Part shown: one piece after another, positions 13,485 through 25,610 of the stretch | Position numbering within the stretch: the stretch's first letter is position 1 | Layout of the letters: each line of letters starts with the position of its first letter | Assembly (NCBI GenBank): GCA_950097015.1 | Contig: CATNEN010000011.1 | Span: 3,596,001-3,660,000, forward strand | Direction: 5' to 3' | Origin: Macrostomum hystrix | Lineage: Eukaryota > Animalia > Platyhelminthes | DNA: 64,000 bases | The notes under the pieces: model-generated | What the model was told of the DNA's origin: nothing | Database searches by the model: none | The model's input: the letters and a program-made list of their open reading frames with translations, nothing else | Program-made: the position numbers and the translations under genes

Positions 13485-15470
13485 CTAACAAGTAAAACAT
13501 TGTGTCTAGCAGGTGATTATTTTGCGTCTAACAGGTAGATGATTGTGTCTAGCAGGTGATTATTTTGCGTCTAACAGGTAGATGATTGTGTCTAACAGGT
13601 AGATTGATTGTGTCTAACAGGTAGATGATTGTGTCGAACAGGTAACATATTGTGTCTAACAGGTTGATGATTGTGTCTAACAGGTAGATGATTGTGTCTA
13701 ACAGTTAGATGATTGTGTCTAACAGGTAGATGATTGTGTCTAACAGGTAGATTGATTGTGTCTAACAGGTAGATGATTGTGTCGAACAGGTAACATATTG
13801 TGTCTAACAGGTTGATGATTGTGTCTAACAGGTAGATGATTGTGTCTAACAGTTAGATGATTGTGTCTAACAGGTAGATGATTGTGTCTAACAGGTAGAT
13901 GATTGTGTCTAACAGGTAGATGATTGTGTCTAACAGGTAGATGATTGTGTCTAACAGGTAGATGATTGTGTCTAGTAGGTAGATGATTGTGTCTAACAGG
14001 TAGATGATTGTGTCTAGCAGGTGATTATTTTGTGTCTAGCAGGTGATTATTTTGTGTCTAACAGGTAGATGATTGTGTCTAACAGGTAGATGATTGTGTC
14101 TAACAGGTAGATGATTGTGTCTAACAGGTAGATGATTGTGTCTAGCAGGTGATTATTTTGTGTCTATCAGGTAGATGATTGTGTCTAACAGGTAGATGAT
14201 TGTGTCTAACAGGTAGATGATTGTGTCTAACAGGTAGATGATTGTGTCTAACAGGTAGATTGATTGTGTCTAACAGGTAGATGATTGTGTCGAACAGGTA
14301 AAACATTCTGTCTAACAGGTAACATATTGTGTCTAACAGGTAGATGATTGTGTCTAACAGGTAGATGATTGTGTCTAACAGGTAGATGATTGTGTCTAAC
14401 AGGTAGATGATTGTGTCTAACAGGTAGATGATTGTGTCTAACAGGTAGATGATTGTGTCTAACAGGTAGATGATTGTGTCTAACAGGTAGATGATTGTGT
14501 CTAACAGGTAGATGATTGTGTCTAACAGGTAGATGATTGTGTCTAACAGGTAGATGATTGTGTCTAACAGGTAGATGATTGTGTCTAACAGGTAGATGAT
14601 TGTGTCTAGCAGGTGATTATTTTGTGTCTAGCAGGTGATTATTTTGTGTCTATCAGGTAGATGATTGTGTCTAACAGGTAGATGATTGTGTCTAACAGGT
14701 AGATGATTGTGTCTAACAGGTAGATGATTGTGTCTAACAGGTAGATTGATTGTGTCTAAAAGGTAGATGATTGTGTCGAACAGGTAAAACATTCTGTCTA
14801 ACAGGTAACATATTGTGTCTAACAGGTAGATGATTGTGTCTAACAGGTAGATGATTGTGTCTAACAGGTAGATGATTGTGTCTAGCAGGTGATTATTTTG
14901 TGTCTATCAGGTAGATGATTGTGTCTAACAGGTAGATGATTGTGTCTAACAGGTAGATGATTGTGTCTAACAGGTAGATGATTGTGTCTAACAGGTAGAT
15001 GATTGTGTCTAGCAGGTGATTATTTTGTGTCCATCAGGTAGATGATTGTGTCTAACAGGTAGATGATTGTGTCTAACAGGTAGATGATTATGTCTAACAG
15101 GTAGATGATTGTGTCTAACAGTTAGATGATTGTGTCTAACAGGTAGATGATTGTGTCTAACAGGTAACATATTGTGTCTAACAGGTAGATGATTGTGTCT
15201 AACAGGTAAAACATTCTTTCTAACAGGTAACATATTGTGTCTAACAGGTAGATGATTGTGTCTAACAGGTAGATGATGGTGTCTAACTGGTAGATAATTG
15301 TGTCGAACAGGTAAAACATTCTGTCTAACAGGTAACATATTGTGTCTAACAGGTAGATGATTGTGTCTAGCAGGTGATTATTTTGTGTCTAACAGGTAGA
15401 TAATTGCGTCTAACAGGTAAAATATTGAGTTTAACAGTAAAATAGTGTCTAACAGGTAAACTATTGCGTC
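13485..15470. repeat. 21-bp minisatellite (TGTGTCTAACAGGTAGATGAT)n
   Basis: Direct tandem repeat of about 2 kb with recurrent variant blocks. Confidence 0.97.
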
Positions 15471-16124
15471 TATCTGTTGAAATTCAACAGATAAACTCTT
15501 AGAAAACGTATGGTTGATAGAGGCAAGCATTATTAAAATTGCATAGTACGAGAATCTAACAAGCAGATACTGATTGCAGTCTCAAGCCGCGACAGCCATT
15601 CTTAGCCTCACAAATATCGCCTATACACTCTTTAGAAGATCAATTTGGGACTTCGATTTGGCCAGTGGCTGACCAGAGTGAGACAGTCGACGACAAGGAT
15701 TTCGCGAGAAGCGAGATGAGACAGAATGATGGTCAAGAAAGGGAAAACACGATTTAGCAGCCCCAATCGAACACACAGCAGCAGCATTAATTTGCAACTA
15801 GGGGACAAAGCGGGGAAGATCTGTTGCCCCTGAGGGATGAAGCAGAAACTCAAGTCTTGCATTGCCTTTCCTATATTAACGACAGACAAGAACGATAAAA
15901 GCAGATTCACATATTGCCTGCATAGCGACAGAGCAACTTTAGCTTGTTCAGTTCAGCAATAGCCGCATCCCCACTGTATTTATTGATTGATCTGGGAGTT
16001 GGGGAATGTGATGCAAAATACTTTCTCTGCACTTGCTTTCACCATTTTCCCAGTTGCTAATTTCTAAGTCCAAGTCTGGTCTCTTGCGATTCCTGACTGC
16101 TGGTTCTGACTCAGTATTTCAGCC

Positions 16125-17545
16125 CACACTCTCCCTCCTCTTTCTCACACTCTCCCTAAACTCTCCCACACTCTCCCTCCTCTTTCTCACACTCTCCCTA
16201 AACTCTCCCACACTCTCCCTCCTCTTTCTCACACTCTCCCTAAACTCTCCCACACTCTCCCTCCTCTTTCTCACACTCTCCCTCCTCTTTCTCACACTCT
16301 CCCTAAACTCTCCCACACTCTCCCTCCTCTTTCTCACACTCTCCCTAAACTCTCCCACACTCTCCCTCCTCTTTCTCACACTCTCCCTCCTCTTTCTCAC
16401 ACTCTCCCTCCTCTTTCTCACACTCTCCCTCCTCTTTCTCACACTCTCCCTAAACTCTCCCACACTCTCCCTCCTCTTTCTCACAGTCTCCCTCCTCTTT
16501 CTCACACTCTCCCCCTTCTTTCTCACACTCTCCCGAAACTCTCCCACACTCTCCCTCCTCTCTCACACTCTCCCTAAACTCTCCCACACTCTCCCTCCTC
16601 TTTCTCACACTCTCCCCCTTCTTTCTCACACTCTCCCTAAACTCTCCCACACTCTCCCTCCTCTCTCACACTCCCCATCCTCTCTCACACTCTCCCTCCT
16701 CTCCCACACTCTCCCTCCTCTCTCACACTCTCCCTCCTCTCTCACACTCTCCCTTCTGTCTCTCACACTCTCCCTTCTGTCTCTCACACTCTCCCTCCTC
16801 TCCCACACTCTCCCTCCTCTTTCTCACACTCTCCCTAAACTCTCCCACACTCTCCATCCTCTCTCACACTCCCCATCCTCTCTCACACTCTCCCTCCTCT
16901 CTCACACTCTCCCCAATCTCTCACACTCTCCCTCCTCTTTCTCACACTCTCCCTCCTCTTTCTCACACTCTCCCTCCTCTTTCTCACACTCTCCCTAAAC
17001 TCTCCCACTCTCCCTCCTCTTTCTCACACTCTCCCTAAACTCTCCCACTCTCCCTCCTCTTTCTCACACTCTCCCCCTTCTTTCTCACACTCTCCCTAAA
17101 CTCTCCCACACTGTCCCTCCTCTCTCACACTCCCCATCCTCTCTCACACTCTCCCTCCACTCTCACACTCTCCCTCCTCTTTCTCACACTCTCCCCCTTC
17201 TTTCTCACACTCTCCCTAAACTCTCCCACACTCTCCCTCCTCTCTCACACTCTCCCTAAACTCTCCCACACTCTCCCTCCTCTCTCACACTCTCCCTAAA
17301 CTCTCCCACACTCTCCCTCCTCTTTCTCACACTCTCCCCCTTCTTTCTCACACTCTCCCTAAACTCTCCCACACTCTCCCTCCTCTCTCACACTCCCCAT
17401 CCTCTCTCACACTCTCCCTAAACTCTCCCACACTCTCCCTCCTCTCTCACACTCTCCCCAATCTCTCACACTCTCTCACACTCTCCCCTATCTCTCACAC
17501 TCTCCCCTATCTCTCACACTCTCCCCTATCTCTCACACTCTCTCA
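16125..17545. repeat. 21-bp essentially G-free CT-rich minisatellite (CTCTCCCTCCTCTTTCTCACA / CTCTCCCTAAACTCTCCCACA)n
   Basis: Direct tandem repeat; explains ORF 16033..16998 and its antisense ORFs. Confidence 0.96.
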
Positions 17546-18344
17546 CACAGAGAATGCAGAGAGACTTAAATTGATACAGCCCGGATGTCGTTATTATCAA
17601 GCGTAGAACCAAAGAATTTCTATTTTTATTAACAGAAAAATGAATTCCTTAGGACACGTATTTCAGCAAATTGACAAGTCGGACCAGTTGCAAAATACAA
17701 ATAGTAGCATGCACAGACGTTACACGTGTGTGCTTGTGTTTGTGTGTGTGTTCTAGCATCTATTATTCTAAGCGTTTGGTATCTCCTCAACCCACTAGCG
17801 ACTATATTGAGGCGGGGAAGACAACGTAGAACAGGGCCGGTTTGTCCTGGGACACTGATTAAATAATCTAATTCATTACTGACAGGACTCCAGCAGTACT
17901 ATGCTCCGCCCCCCACCCTAACATAGTGTAGTGTCTGACCGGGACTCCAGAATCCCCAGCCACCCTTGAGGGCAGCTCGTGAAGATATGGCCCTAGTCCT
18001 ATACGACTGCTAGATTGACTTTTGTGAGTCGGGTTTTTTCCTTCGCAGCAGCAGCAGCAGCAGCAGTCAGTCAGTCTGTCTATGTATCCTCTCGGCTTTA
18101 AAACACAACAACGCAAAGGCTGGTGCAACATTGTTAGGCCTGTGCTTAGCTGTGTGAAAAGACCTATCCAATGATTATCCAATATTTGCAGTGTTTGTGG
18201 GTGAAAAACACCCTAGCCATAAATGTCATTTTCTAGACTAGGCTAATATTTAAGCGAATCTTCTTGTTGAAATTGCAAGTAAGCAAATGTTATGCATGCC
18301 GGAAGACATTTAAGGGTGTTAGAAAAGACTGCTGGGTGACAGAT

Positions 18345-19005
18345 AAGACAGTTTGGCATCAGAGGGGAATACGTAGGGTGTCATAATTGTCTGTAGGGTG
18401 TCAGAGAACACCGTAGGGTGTCAGATAAGGCTGTTGGGTGTCAGATGAGGCTGTAGGGTGTCAGATGAGGCTGTAGGGTGTCAGATGAGGATGTAGGGTG
18501 ACAGATGAGGCTGCAGTAGGGTGTCAGATGAGGATGTAGAGTGTCAGATGAGGCTGTAGGGTGTCAGATGAGGCTGTAGGGTGTCAGATGAGGCTGCTGT
18601 AGGGTGTCAGATGAGGATGTAGGGTGTCAGATGAGGCTGTAGGGTGTCAGATGAGGCTGTAGGGTGTCAGAGGACACAGTAGGGTGTCAGATGAGGCTGT
18701 TGGGTGTCAGATGAGGCTGTAGGGTGTCAGATGAGGCTGTAGGGTGTCAGATGAGGCTGCAGTAGGGTGTCAGATGAGGCTGTAGGGTGTCAGATGAGGC
18801 TGTATGGTGTCAGATGAGGCTGTAGGGTGTCAGATGAGGCTGCATGGTGTCAGAAAACACAGTAGGGTGTCAGATGAGGAGGCTGTTGGGTGTCAGATGA
18901 GACTGTAGGGTGTCAGAAAACACAGTAGGGTGTCAGATGAGGAGGCTGTAGGGTGTCAGATGAGGCTGCAGGGTGTCAGATGAGGCTGCAGGGTGTCAGA
19001 TGCGG
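18345..19005. repeat. 20-bp minisatellite (TGTAGGGTGTCAGATGAGGC)n
   Basis: Direct tandem repeat. Confidence 0.95.
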
Positions 19006-19398
19006 GTAGGAGAAGCGGAGGAGTAATTCTGCAGTTATAGTTACTATAGTTACAATTTTATACTTGCTATAGATTTTTAAGCGAAGCAATTACGTCATAA
19101 GTGGATTTTTATATACGAGACACTGCTTTTAAAAGCAGAACAAGACATTTTTATCGTCAAGAGAGTTTCAGAAAAATCTGAAAACCCTTTTAATTTGATC
19201 TTTGAAAGACACGCAAGATAATTGGGATTAGAAATCAAGACAGCACTGTAGTAACGGGGAATTATTCCTTTTTGCAACTACAATAATGCTTCTATTAAAG
19301 TGTAACGACTAAGAGCCCACTTTTCAACTTGTTAAATATTTAATGACGCAGAAATTTTTTCAATTTTCGGCTATTAGCTTATGAAAGGAATTGCTAAA

Positions 19399-19520
19399 CT
19401 AGCCAATTAGTATATGAAGGAATAGAATGGATTGCTAACCTAGCCAATTAGTATATGAAGGAATAGAATGGATTGCTAACCTAGCCAATTAGTATATGAA
19501 GGAATAGAATGGATTGCTAG
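19399..19520. repeat. 41-bp tandem repeat, three copies
   Basis: TAGCCAATTAGTATATGAAGGAATAGAATGGATTGCTAAC starts at 19400, 19441 and 19482. Confidence 0.9.
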
Positions 19521-20093
19521 TCTAGTCCTGAAGGGATACAATATTTTGTTGGGAGTAAAGTTGAGAACACTTTCTAATTTACTTCAACTTCTTCAAGCTT
19601 TCAATTCACGCTTCCGCTGTGATTTTCAGATAAAAGTTCAACTCTTTTTTCCTAAGCTTTTCATTCGCCAACAGTCTTGAGTCTAGAAGCTTGCTTTTAG
19701 TTCAATCAAACTATCGCGTGTCTCTTCACTGGCGCCAGCGCCAGGGTCTACCTGGGAGCGCCGAAAACTGGGTCGAGACTCAATTGTAGGGATCCGAACA
19801 CACACGGAACGAATGGGAGAATTGCGAATTGTATCTAGCTAAAAGGGAGGCAAAGGGGGTGAAGAAAAAAGGGTACGAGGGAGAACGATTGGAAACGAGA
19901 AATAGAGATCAGGAATGAGGGAAGAGAGAGAAGAATGAGAGAGAATGAGAGAGAAAATGAGAGAGAATGAGAGAGGGAGAGAGGGAGAGAGAGCGCGAGA
20001 GAGGAGAGAGGACACTGCCCATTGAATTTCAAAAATTGAATGTTGGAATCGATTCCGATATGTATCGAAAAAATTGAAATCAGGATTCGAACC

Positions 20094-20150
20094 AAGGCAA
20101 CTCCAGACGCGTTTCGCTCTTATTGGAGCTCATCAGTAGAGTCTAGCCTA
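20094..20150 (-). ncRNA. Type I hammerhead ribozyme
   Basis: Minus strand reads AGGGC-TA-GACTCTA-CTGATGA-GCTC-CAATAA-GAGC-GAAA-CGCG-TC-TGGAGTT-GCCTT. Complete catalytic core, stem I ACTCTA/TGGAGT extended by AGGGC/GCCTT, stem II GCTC/GAGC, palindromic minimal stem III and GUC cleavage triplet. Confidence 0.85.
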
Positions 20151-20294
20151 GCGCTCTAGCCATTAGGCTTTAGGCGCTTGTTCAAATCCAGCTTTCAATC
20201 TCAACATATCGTAATCTATTCGGCAGCGCCCCGCAATTCAATCCATACTCACTCAACTCCGTGGTACTGGCTCGGTCGTACGAGACGCCGGTGC

Positions 20295-21260
20295 GAGAGA
20301 TAATGAGAGATAATGAGAGATAATGAGAGATAATCAGAGATAATGAGAGACAATGAGAGATAATGAGAGATAATGAGAGATAATGAGAGATAATGAGAGA
20401 CAATGAGAGATAATGAGAGATAATGAGAGATAATGAGAGACAATGAGAGATAATGAGAGATAATGAGAGATAATGAGAGACAATGATAGATAATGATAGA
20501 TAATGATAGATAATGAGAGATAATGAGAGATAATGAGAGATAATGAGAGATAATGAGAGATAATGAGAGACAATGAGAGATAATGAGAGATAATGAGAGA
20601 TAATGAGAGACAATGAGAGATAATGAGAGATAATGAGAGACAATGAGAGATAATGATAGATAATGATAGATAATGAGAGATAATGAGAGATAATCAGAGA
20701 TAATGAGAGATAATGAGAGATAATGAGAGATAATGAGAGATAATGAGAGATAATGAGAGACAATGAGAGATAATGAGAGATAATGAGAGACAATGAGAGA
20801 TAATGAGAGATAATGAGAGATAATGAGAGATAATGAGAGATAATGAGAGATAATCAGAGATAATGAGAGATAATGAGAGATAATGAGAGACAATGAGAGA
20901 TAATGATAGATAATGATAGATAATGAGAGATAATGAGAGATAATCAGAGATAATGAGAGATAATGAGAGATAATGAGAGATAATGAGAGATAATGAGAGA
21001 TAATGAGAGATAATGAGAGATAATGAGAGATAATGAGAGATAATGAGAGATAATGAGAGATAATGAGAGATAATGAGAGATAATGAGAGATAATGAGAGA
21101 TTATGAGAGATAATGAGAGATTATGAGAGATAATGAGAGATAATGAGAGATAATGAGAGATAATGAGAGATAATGAGAGACAATGAGAGATAATGAGAGA
21201 TAATGAGAGATAATGAGAGACAATGAGAGATAATGAGAGATAATGAGAGATAATGAGAGA
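20295..21260. repeat. 10-bp minisatellite (GAGAGATAAT)n
   Basis: Direct tandem repeat; source of the SLIISHYL ORFs. Confidence 0.97.
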
Positions 21261-22003
21261 GAACGAAAGAGAACGAAAGAGACGAAAGAAAATAGATTCA
21301 GCAGGAACATGTTGTGAGAGAAAACAATTATAAAAAATGTTTTCAGCCGCCCCATGCTGAAAAAAAAACAATTCTAGCAATTTGGATTCATTCGACATTA
21401 ATGATAATATTTAGTCTAAGAAAATTTAGGAATTTTATAAGAAATCATGATTTGGCATTCTTAGGCCAAGCAATTATTCAGAATAGTAATGCTTGGTCAG
21501 CAGATTTCGTGCCAAAAGCCACTTCGTGCCAGCAATTATTGGGCCGTCAATTTCTTCTTCCTAAATCTTTTTGGAAAAAAATTGTTTTTTTGCCCCATCA
21601 AACATCCTCGATTGTAGACTTGAACAGGACTTTTTTGTCAAAAAAATATATTTAAAAGGCGGCTACGTCTTTTAATGTCTCCCTCAAGAAGTCGAAAAAC
21701 TTTAATCTAGAGAATTCAATGCAAAGAGATGAAGAATCGAATTTATTATTAAATTTCTTTCTGGCCGACTGAAGCTTTTTTTTCATCACGGAAAGTTGTC
21801 TCTTGGCGATGTTTTTAAAAGTACAAATCAGGTTTTGGGACTATTCACATGTCGCTTATTTGGATTGTACTAAATTCTTCACATTGCATAGGTACCATAA
21901 TCGATAAATTATTGATCAACTTTGAAAACATGAGACACTAAAGAGCTTGTCGGTAACTAAAATATGGAGTTATTTATCCCATGATGTAATTTATTCATTA
22001 TTT

Positions 22004-22470
22004 ATGGTCATCATTTTCATTTTCAGCATATTGCTAACTTTGCCACTGTAAGTAGCAAGTAAAGGTTATGATTTACGAAATTTCGAGATGTGAATTAAAC
22101 TATGCTATCTCGGAACATAATTTAATTATTGTAATGTATAATAAAAACTTAACTTGTAGAATTACAAATTCTTATATCTACCAGTAAGTATATTATACTG
22201 TCAAATATAAGTTTAAAAAAGCAAAATAAATAACAATTTTCTTGTAATAGTTTTAAGCCAATGTGTTCAGACACAGATTTTTGTGTAATATTTAAATGGT
22301 AAATAACTCCATGCCCATGTACAAATTATGGTAAATAAAAGATCGCCAAAAATATAATCGCGGTTAAAATGTTCGGTTCAATTAGAAACACTTTTGACAG
22401 AATAATATAATGTGCACGTGTAAGTTGATATACTCAGTTTTTTCTAGTGCATTTCAAATGCTTTGGAATT
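22004..22470 (+). CDS. Candidate micro-exon gene for a small secreted Cys-containing peptide
   Basis: Exons 22004-22047 (MVIIFIFSILLTLP), 22160-22183 (24 nt) and 22251-22284/22298 join in phase 2 via GTAAGT donors to give MVIIFIFSILLTLPLITNSYIYHFKPMCSDTDFC. A 19-nt block 22401-22419 (GACAG|...|GTAAGT) may follow. 3' structure ambiguous. Confidence 0.5.
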
Positions 22471-22707
22471 TAAATGTTTGTATTTTTATACTTTTAATAA
22501 AACTTTTCAAATGAAATTTTATAACTATTTACGACTATTTTATTTAGTAAATCGGATTAAGCATTTATATTTTGTTTTACCATCATCAATGTCATCAAAT
22601 GGCGTTATTTCAAAGTTTTCATTTCAGTACAGCAATAAGCGTCGAAAATTAAAATCGAAAATAGGAAACAAAAATAAACCGCAATAACTATACTTTATCG
22701 GGTCAGA

Positions 22708-22813
22708 ATGAATCAATGGACTGTTTTCTTTATAACTTTAAATATATTTAGCAATTCAGTGTCCGTGGCAACAATTGTTGAGCTAACAGCTGATAATGTT
22801 GATCGTCATCTCA
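22708..22813 (+). CDS. ERP44: ERp44-like protein, exon 1 (signal peptide)
   Basis: ATG 22708, MNQWTVFFITLNIFSNSVSVATIVELTADNVDRHL, donor GTAAGA, phase 1. Model: join(22708-22813,22939-23149,23281-23535,24640-24679,25385-25610,25697-26031). Confidence 0.8.
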
Positions 22814-22938
22814 GTAAGATCTTAACTTTTATTTCGAAAATCAACAAATATGCTTTTTATATATTTAAACATGTTTACAGGTCAGTTGTGCATTCAGTGT
22901 TGAAATAAATAGTCTCTAAAAATTGTGACGATTTACAG

Positions 22939-23149
22939 GCACGCCAAGATTAAGCTTTGTAAATTTCTACGTCGACTGGTGTCCCCACAGTCGAAATCTC
23001 GCACCAATAATCGAGGAGGTGGCCGACAAGCTAAAAACTGACTACCCCCGCGACGAGCAACTTATTGTAGCCAGAGTGGACTCTCAAGCCGAAGAGTCTC
23101 TGACCAAGAAATATGGAGTGATGAAATATCCGACAATGAAGCTTTTTCG
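22939..23149 (+). CDS. ERP44: ERp44-like protein, exon 2 (thioredoxin a domain, CxxS)
   Basis: FVNFYVDWCPHSRNLAPIIEEVADKLK...IVARVDS...KYPTMKLFR aligns by eye with ERp44 LVNFYADWCRFS...FARVDC...KYPTLKLFR. Confidence 0.92.
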
Positions 23150-23280
23150 GTAAGAACAGAACGGCGTTCTAGATAATCACTCTAGATTATCACTGACCGA
23201 TGTTTCAACACAAAAATACAATATCCAGTGTTCATGTTAAAAAATCCCAATCCTAAATATTTCCACATCTTCTCTGACAG

Positions 23281-23535
23281 CTACGGCCAGCCACAGCGCT
23301 TAGAGTATCGAGGTCAACGCTCGGTCAACGCAATCTCAGATTTCATTCGATCTCAACTGACTGATCCTCTGGTCCGACTGGAAGCTCCGTTAGACAACGA
23401 TAAACTGCCGTTGAAGCCTCAGCAGTTGGCTATGATTGGCCAGTTCGCTGACAACAGCTCCGCTGCGCTGCAGATGTTCCTTCGAGTCGCTGACGTGATG
23501 AGAGACGAAGAATGCATCTTTCTGGCAATTGTCGG
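23281..23535 (+). CDS. ERP44: ERp44-like protein, exon 3
   Basis: YGQPQRLEYRGQRSVNAISDFIRSQLTDP matches ERp44 EYRGQRSVKALADYIRQQ; GACAG acceptor and GTAAG donor. Confidence 0.92.
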
Positions 23536-23541
23536 GTAAGA

Positions 23542-24235
23542 GATCCCAGATCCTAGATCCCAGATCCTAGATCCCAGATCCTAGATCCCAGATCCTAGAT
23601 CCCAGATCCTAGATCCCAGATCCTAGATCCCAGATCCTAGATCCCAGATCCTAGATCCCAGATCCTAGATCCCAGATCCTAGATCCCAGATCCTAGATCC
23701 CAGATCCTAGATCCCAGATCCTAGATCCCAGATCCTAGATCCCAGATCCTAGATCCCAGATCCTAGATCCCAGATCCTAGATCCCAGATCCTAGATCCCA
23801 GATCCTAGATCCCAGATCCTAGATCCCAGATCCTAGATCCCAGATCCTAGATCCCAGATCCTAGATCCCAGATCCTAGATCCCAGATCCTAGATCCCAGA
23901 TCCTAGATCCCAGATCCTAGATCCCAGATCCTAGATCCCAGATCCTAGATCCCAGATCCTAGATCCCAGATCCTAGATCCCAGATCCTAGATTCCAGATC
24001 CTAGATCCCAGATCCTAGATCCCAGATCCTAGATCCCAGATCCTAGATCCCAGATCCTAGATCCCAGATCCTAGATCCCAGATCCTAGATCCCAGATCCT
24101 AGATCCCAGATCCTAGATCCCAGATCCTAGATCCCAGATCCTAGATCCCAGATCCTAGATCCCAGATCCTAGATCCCAGATCCTAGATCCCAGATCCTAG
24201 ATTCCAGATCCTAGATCCCAGATCCTAGATCCCAG
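23542..24235. repeat. 14-bp minisatellite (AGATCCCAGATCCT)n in ERp44 intron 3
   Basis: Near-perfect array of alternating 7-mers starting a few nt after the donor. Confidence 0.98.
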
Positions 24236-24639
24236 TCGTGTTAGGTCTCTCTCTGTGTGACATAATTTCCTCATTCCGTGAATGCCAAAAAACTGCTATT
24301 TCTGTCTTTCTCTTAGAATTCCTGATTCAACGTCGTCTTCTTTACTATTCTAGCTGAAATGAGGATTTTTATTTCCTTTTTTACCTCTTCTGACTCAGCT
24401 GAGCTTGGAAAATCTGCGCTTGATCAGTGGTTTAGCTGCTTCAGGCCGGAAGTACCCACCTCCAACCGCTTGCACGATCCATTCTCGGTACCTAGTATTA
24501 CCCTATCGAGTAGCTAATTCAGGTCAAATCTCTGAAAATCGATTTTGCATTCATTCAATTTATTGCTTACGGTTGGAAATGGTTCTAGTCTTGTCGCGAA
24601 TTTCTAAACAGTAACGTTTTTTGCAATTAATCCTTTTAG

Positions 24640-24679
24640 ACCTAAAGTCGACCAAGAGAATATTGTATTTCAAAAGGGG
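24640..24679 (+). CDS. ERP44: ERp44-like protein, exon 4 (40 nt)
   Basis: TTTTAG|...PKVDQENIVFQKG|GTAAGT; phases 2 and 0 link exons 3 and 5. Confidence 0.75.
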
Positions 24680-24854
24680 GTAAGTCGAATGGAAAAAATT
24701 GACTTCCAAGTACTATAAAGTTAGTTTTAACTACGTAACTAACCCTGAAATATTTTCTCGAATGATTTAATCCCTTAACACCAAAAGATCTAGGAAAGAA
24801 AAAAAACACTGCTTTTCTTCGGGGTTTAAAACGATAAAAAAGATCACCCTCTTC

Positions 24855-25305
24855 CCCTCAACCCCAGCCCAAGTATGATGAAATCAACATTTCCCTTGTC
24901 CGGGCGACCCTCAACCCCAGCGCAAGTGTGATAAAATCAACATTTCCCTTCCCCGGGAGACCCTCAACCCCAGCCCAAGTGTGATAAAATCAACATTTCC
25001 TTTCCCCGGGAGACCCTCAACCCCAGCCCAAGTGTGATAAAATCAACATTTCCTTTCCCCGGGAGACCCTCAACCCCAGCGCAAGTGTGATAAAATCAAC
25101 ATTTCCCTTCCCCGGGAGACCCTCAACCCCAGCCCAAGTGTGATAAAATCAACATTTCCCTTCCCCGGGAGACCCTCAACCCCAGCCCAAGTGTGATAAA
25201 ATCAACATTTCCCTTCCCCGGGAGACCCTCAACCCCAGCCCAAGTGTGATAAAATCAACATTTCCCTTCCCCGGGAGACCCTCAACCCCATCCCCAAATG
25301 TGACT
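24855..25305. repeat. 53-bp minisatellite, about 8 copies, in ERp44 intron 4
   Basis: CCCTCAACCCCAGCCCAAGTGTGATAAAATCAACATTTCCCTTCCCCGGGAGA repeated with period 53. Confidence 0.95.
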
Positions 25306-25384
25306 AAACTAAACCCCCGATTGGCTCACAACCCCACCAAACCAAACCAGACGAAAACCCGCTTCGATTAAAAAACAACCTCAG

Positions 25385-25610
25385 ACTGACACATCAACTA
25401 AGCGCAAATTAGACTACATAAGCGAGACGTCCTTGAAAAAGCTTGCCCAAGAATCCTGTGTGCCCATTGTGCGCGAGTTGACTTTCGAAAATGCCGAATC
25501 AATCAGCGAAGAAGGGCTTCCACTTTTTATTCTGTTCTATCGAGACGATGGGAAAGAAATCATAGAAAAATACAAGCGAGTTGTTGACACGAATCTCAAG
25601 CATTTTGTCG
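25385..25610 (+). CDS. ERP44: ERp44-like protein, exon 5
   Basis: SCVPIVRELTFENAESISEEGLPLFILFY matches ERp44 KCVPLVREITFENGEELTEEGLPFLILFH. Donor GTGAGT; the acceptor position is less certain because the pyrimidine tract is weak. Confidence 0.88.

Noticed and set aside
21892-21952. Exon-like block (ATAG|...|GTAACT) upstream of the micro-exon gene
   Set aside because: Stop codons in all three frames; at most a non-coding exon.
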